64,000 bases of DNA, from the NCBI GenBank assembly GCA_965235115.1, contig OZ249436.1, forward strand, positions 54,872,001-54,936,000. Reading direction: 5' to 3'. Below, piece by piece: positions 62,260 through 64,000 of this stretch. Numbering within the stretch: the first letter of the stretch is position 1; each line of letters begins with the position of its first letter. The position numbers were made by a program, and so were the translations under genes. The notes beneath the pieces were generated by a model, which ran no database searches, was not told the DNA's origin, and saw only the letters and a program-made list of their open reading frames with translations. The DNA is from Laetmonice hystrix. Lineage: Eukaryota.

Positions 62260-63019
62260 GCGTATTTTAGACGGCGTATGAGCCCGTCGCGATTTGAGCC
62301 CGTCACTTGAGCCCGCCGGGTTAAACCCCGCGAGGGTCCCGTCAAAGCACGCCCTGGTGCCGGTTGGTGTAGGTCAGCCAATTATAATCGGCAATTGTTT
62401 AAAAGATTATATAGATCCGCCTAGGCCCTAGCCATATCCCGCTCTCTACTGACCGGCTGAGGCCCCTGCTTCAACAGGCCCAGGCCGAACCGACCGGCCG
62501 AGGGCAAGGCCCATACAAGTCCCGGCCGAACGGACCGGCCGAGGCCCCCTACAACTTGCTTGAGCGAGTAAGCGAGCGGGCGAGTGACCGGCCACCGCTC
62601 CCTCGCTCACCCCGCCCCGGGCAGGCTCGGCGCCCCCCCCCCCCCCCCCCCCCCCCGAGGGGCTCATATGACGGGATCATTTCGCGGCGGGCTCAAGTGA
62701 CGTGATACCTTCACGTTGGGTTCGCTTGTAATGCACATTAAATCACTACCAATGCATTGGACCTCTAGTCTGAATGGTACGGATTCTGGAATGCGCAATG
62801 CGCTTTCTGGGGTCTAGTGTGAAAAGGGTATGATTATCTGTGGGTATAGGACCTATGTGTGCTTCGAGTTGCCCATTCGATCGGGTTAGCGGCGAATGAC
62901 TCAGTGGCTCCACTGCGGATACGCTGCATGGGGATTCAACAAGTAACAGTAATCCGTCAGCCAAAAAGTCAACTTTAAGTGGTGGTAATTCATATATAAG
63001 ACACTTACTCGTTGGTAAT

Positions 63020-63530
63020 CCTCACTATACCCGAACCGGCGTTATCAAAACTTGACCCCCGCCGTGACCCTAGAGGGCTGAGGCCGTGTAGCGTCCTTGA
63101 CCCCGGAAGGTACACTGGCCTGAGCAATGTCCTTGACCAGCCGTTGGGATGGTTATCCAGTGGCGCCCTCTCCCGGCTGACAACCACCGACCAACCCCTC
63201 ATTGCTGCTGCTCCCGTTGGGCTCCACCCTCGTTCCATGTCTACGAGGTCAAACTTCAAGATGTTCTAATATCTTTCCATGACGTTTCCTCAACATTCCA
63301 AACCTTCGCTACTGTGCTATTCTTTTGTATCGATGCTCTGTTCATGTATTTGTCAATCGATTCCACCCATGCTTTTCATCCATCCACTAAACACTTCAAA
63401 GTTCATCTGCCAGATTCTCCACCGTCACCGCAGGTCATGCCCATGTCCTATCTACAACCGAATAACTCCGAACTCTTCCTTCATACGTCGACAGTTTCTT
63501 TTTTTATGCGCACGAACTGGGTTTTTGTCA
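63020..63530 (+). mobile_element. Possible heavily decayed 3' end of a LINE (CR1/L2-like) ORF2
   Basis: Fragmentary resemblance across frames to the LINE post-RT C-terminus (RPC..LDP, SFFMRT-NW); frameshifted. Confidence 0.3.
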
Positions 63531-64000
63531 CCGTGAGAACTGGCGCCCTTTCCCAGCCTGTGACGGGCTCAGTTTATAATGGTCGACTGCCGTTAGAACC
63601 CGGCGTCCTCTCAGCCCACATGTGACAAGAGAATGGAGTCAATGGACCCTGACGACCGGTGTTCCCTTGTCGCATCCTTGTGTGACTTACTCGCTATGAC
63701 TCATTCCATTTGAAAACATTTGGCCTGTCGCCACTCAAGAGGTCGTCCATTTATTGAGAGCCGAACCTGCTCACCTGGCCGTTTATTTCAGGGGTTGCTT
63801 TAAAAATCACATCCAAGACTAGCACAATAAGTTTGCAGTAAATGTCATAGCAAATGTCACAGCTTTCTATAAATACACCAACTGGACTTTAATGCCAATT
63901 TTCTAGAGGTACACTCAAACGATGTAGGCTTCTCCCAGGTGTTGAAGACGGGACCAATATAGTCCGCGTCATTGAACAGTTAAAAAAAATTGGATGTAGA

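Overview
This is eukaryotic (metazoan, probably marine invertebrate) genomic DNA, not prokaryotic. It holds three spliced genes, all on the minus strand, which I assembled by hand from GT-AG boundaries with consistent phases. (1) The first three coding exons of an SLC22/organic-cation-transporter-like gene, running off the left edge. (2) A complete 14-exon, 496-aa cytosolic ALDH1A-like aldehyde dehydrogenase. (3) At least 13 exons (~1017 aa, 5' end unresolved) of an ANKFN1/wide-awake-like ankyrin-FN3-RA gene. A decayed genomic copy of ALDH exons 2-3 lies upstream of ALDH. The rest is rich in non-autonomous elements (MITEs with TA, TTAA, 5-bp and 6-bp TSDs, a long foldback, Crypton-like and Helentron-like elements, tRNA-derived SINEs), microsatellites and a 2.4-kb array of a 59-bp unit. 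I see no CRISPR, RNA gene cluster or clearly new multi-gene system. The best leads are a strongly over-represented TAGGCCTA palindrome that appears as a micro-insertion in repeat copies, a candidate internal promoter and alternative first exon of ANKFN1, the mixed ALDH1/ALDH2 intron and substrate-channel signatures, and a perfect IR3 nuclear-receptor element upstream of ALDH. TE superfamily labels are inferred from termini and TSDs only.
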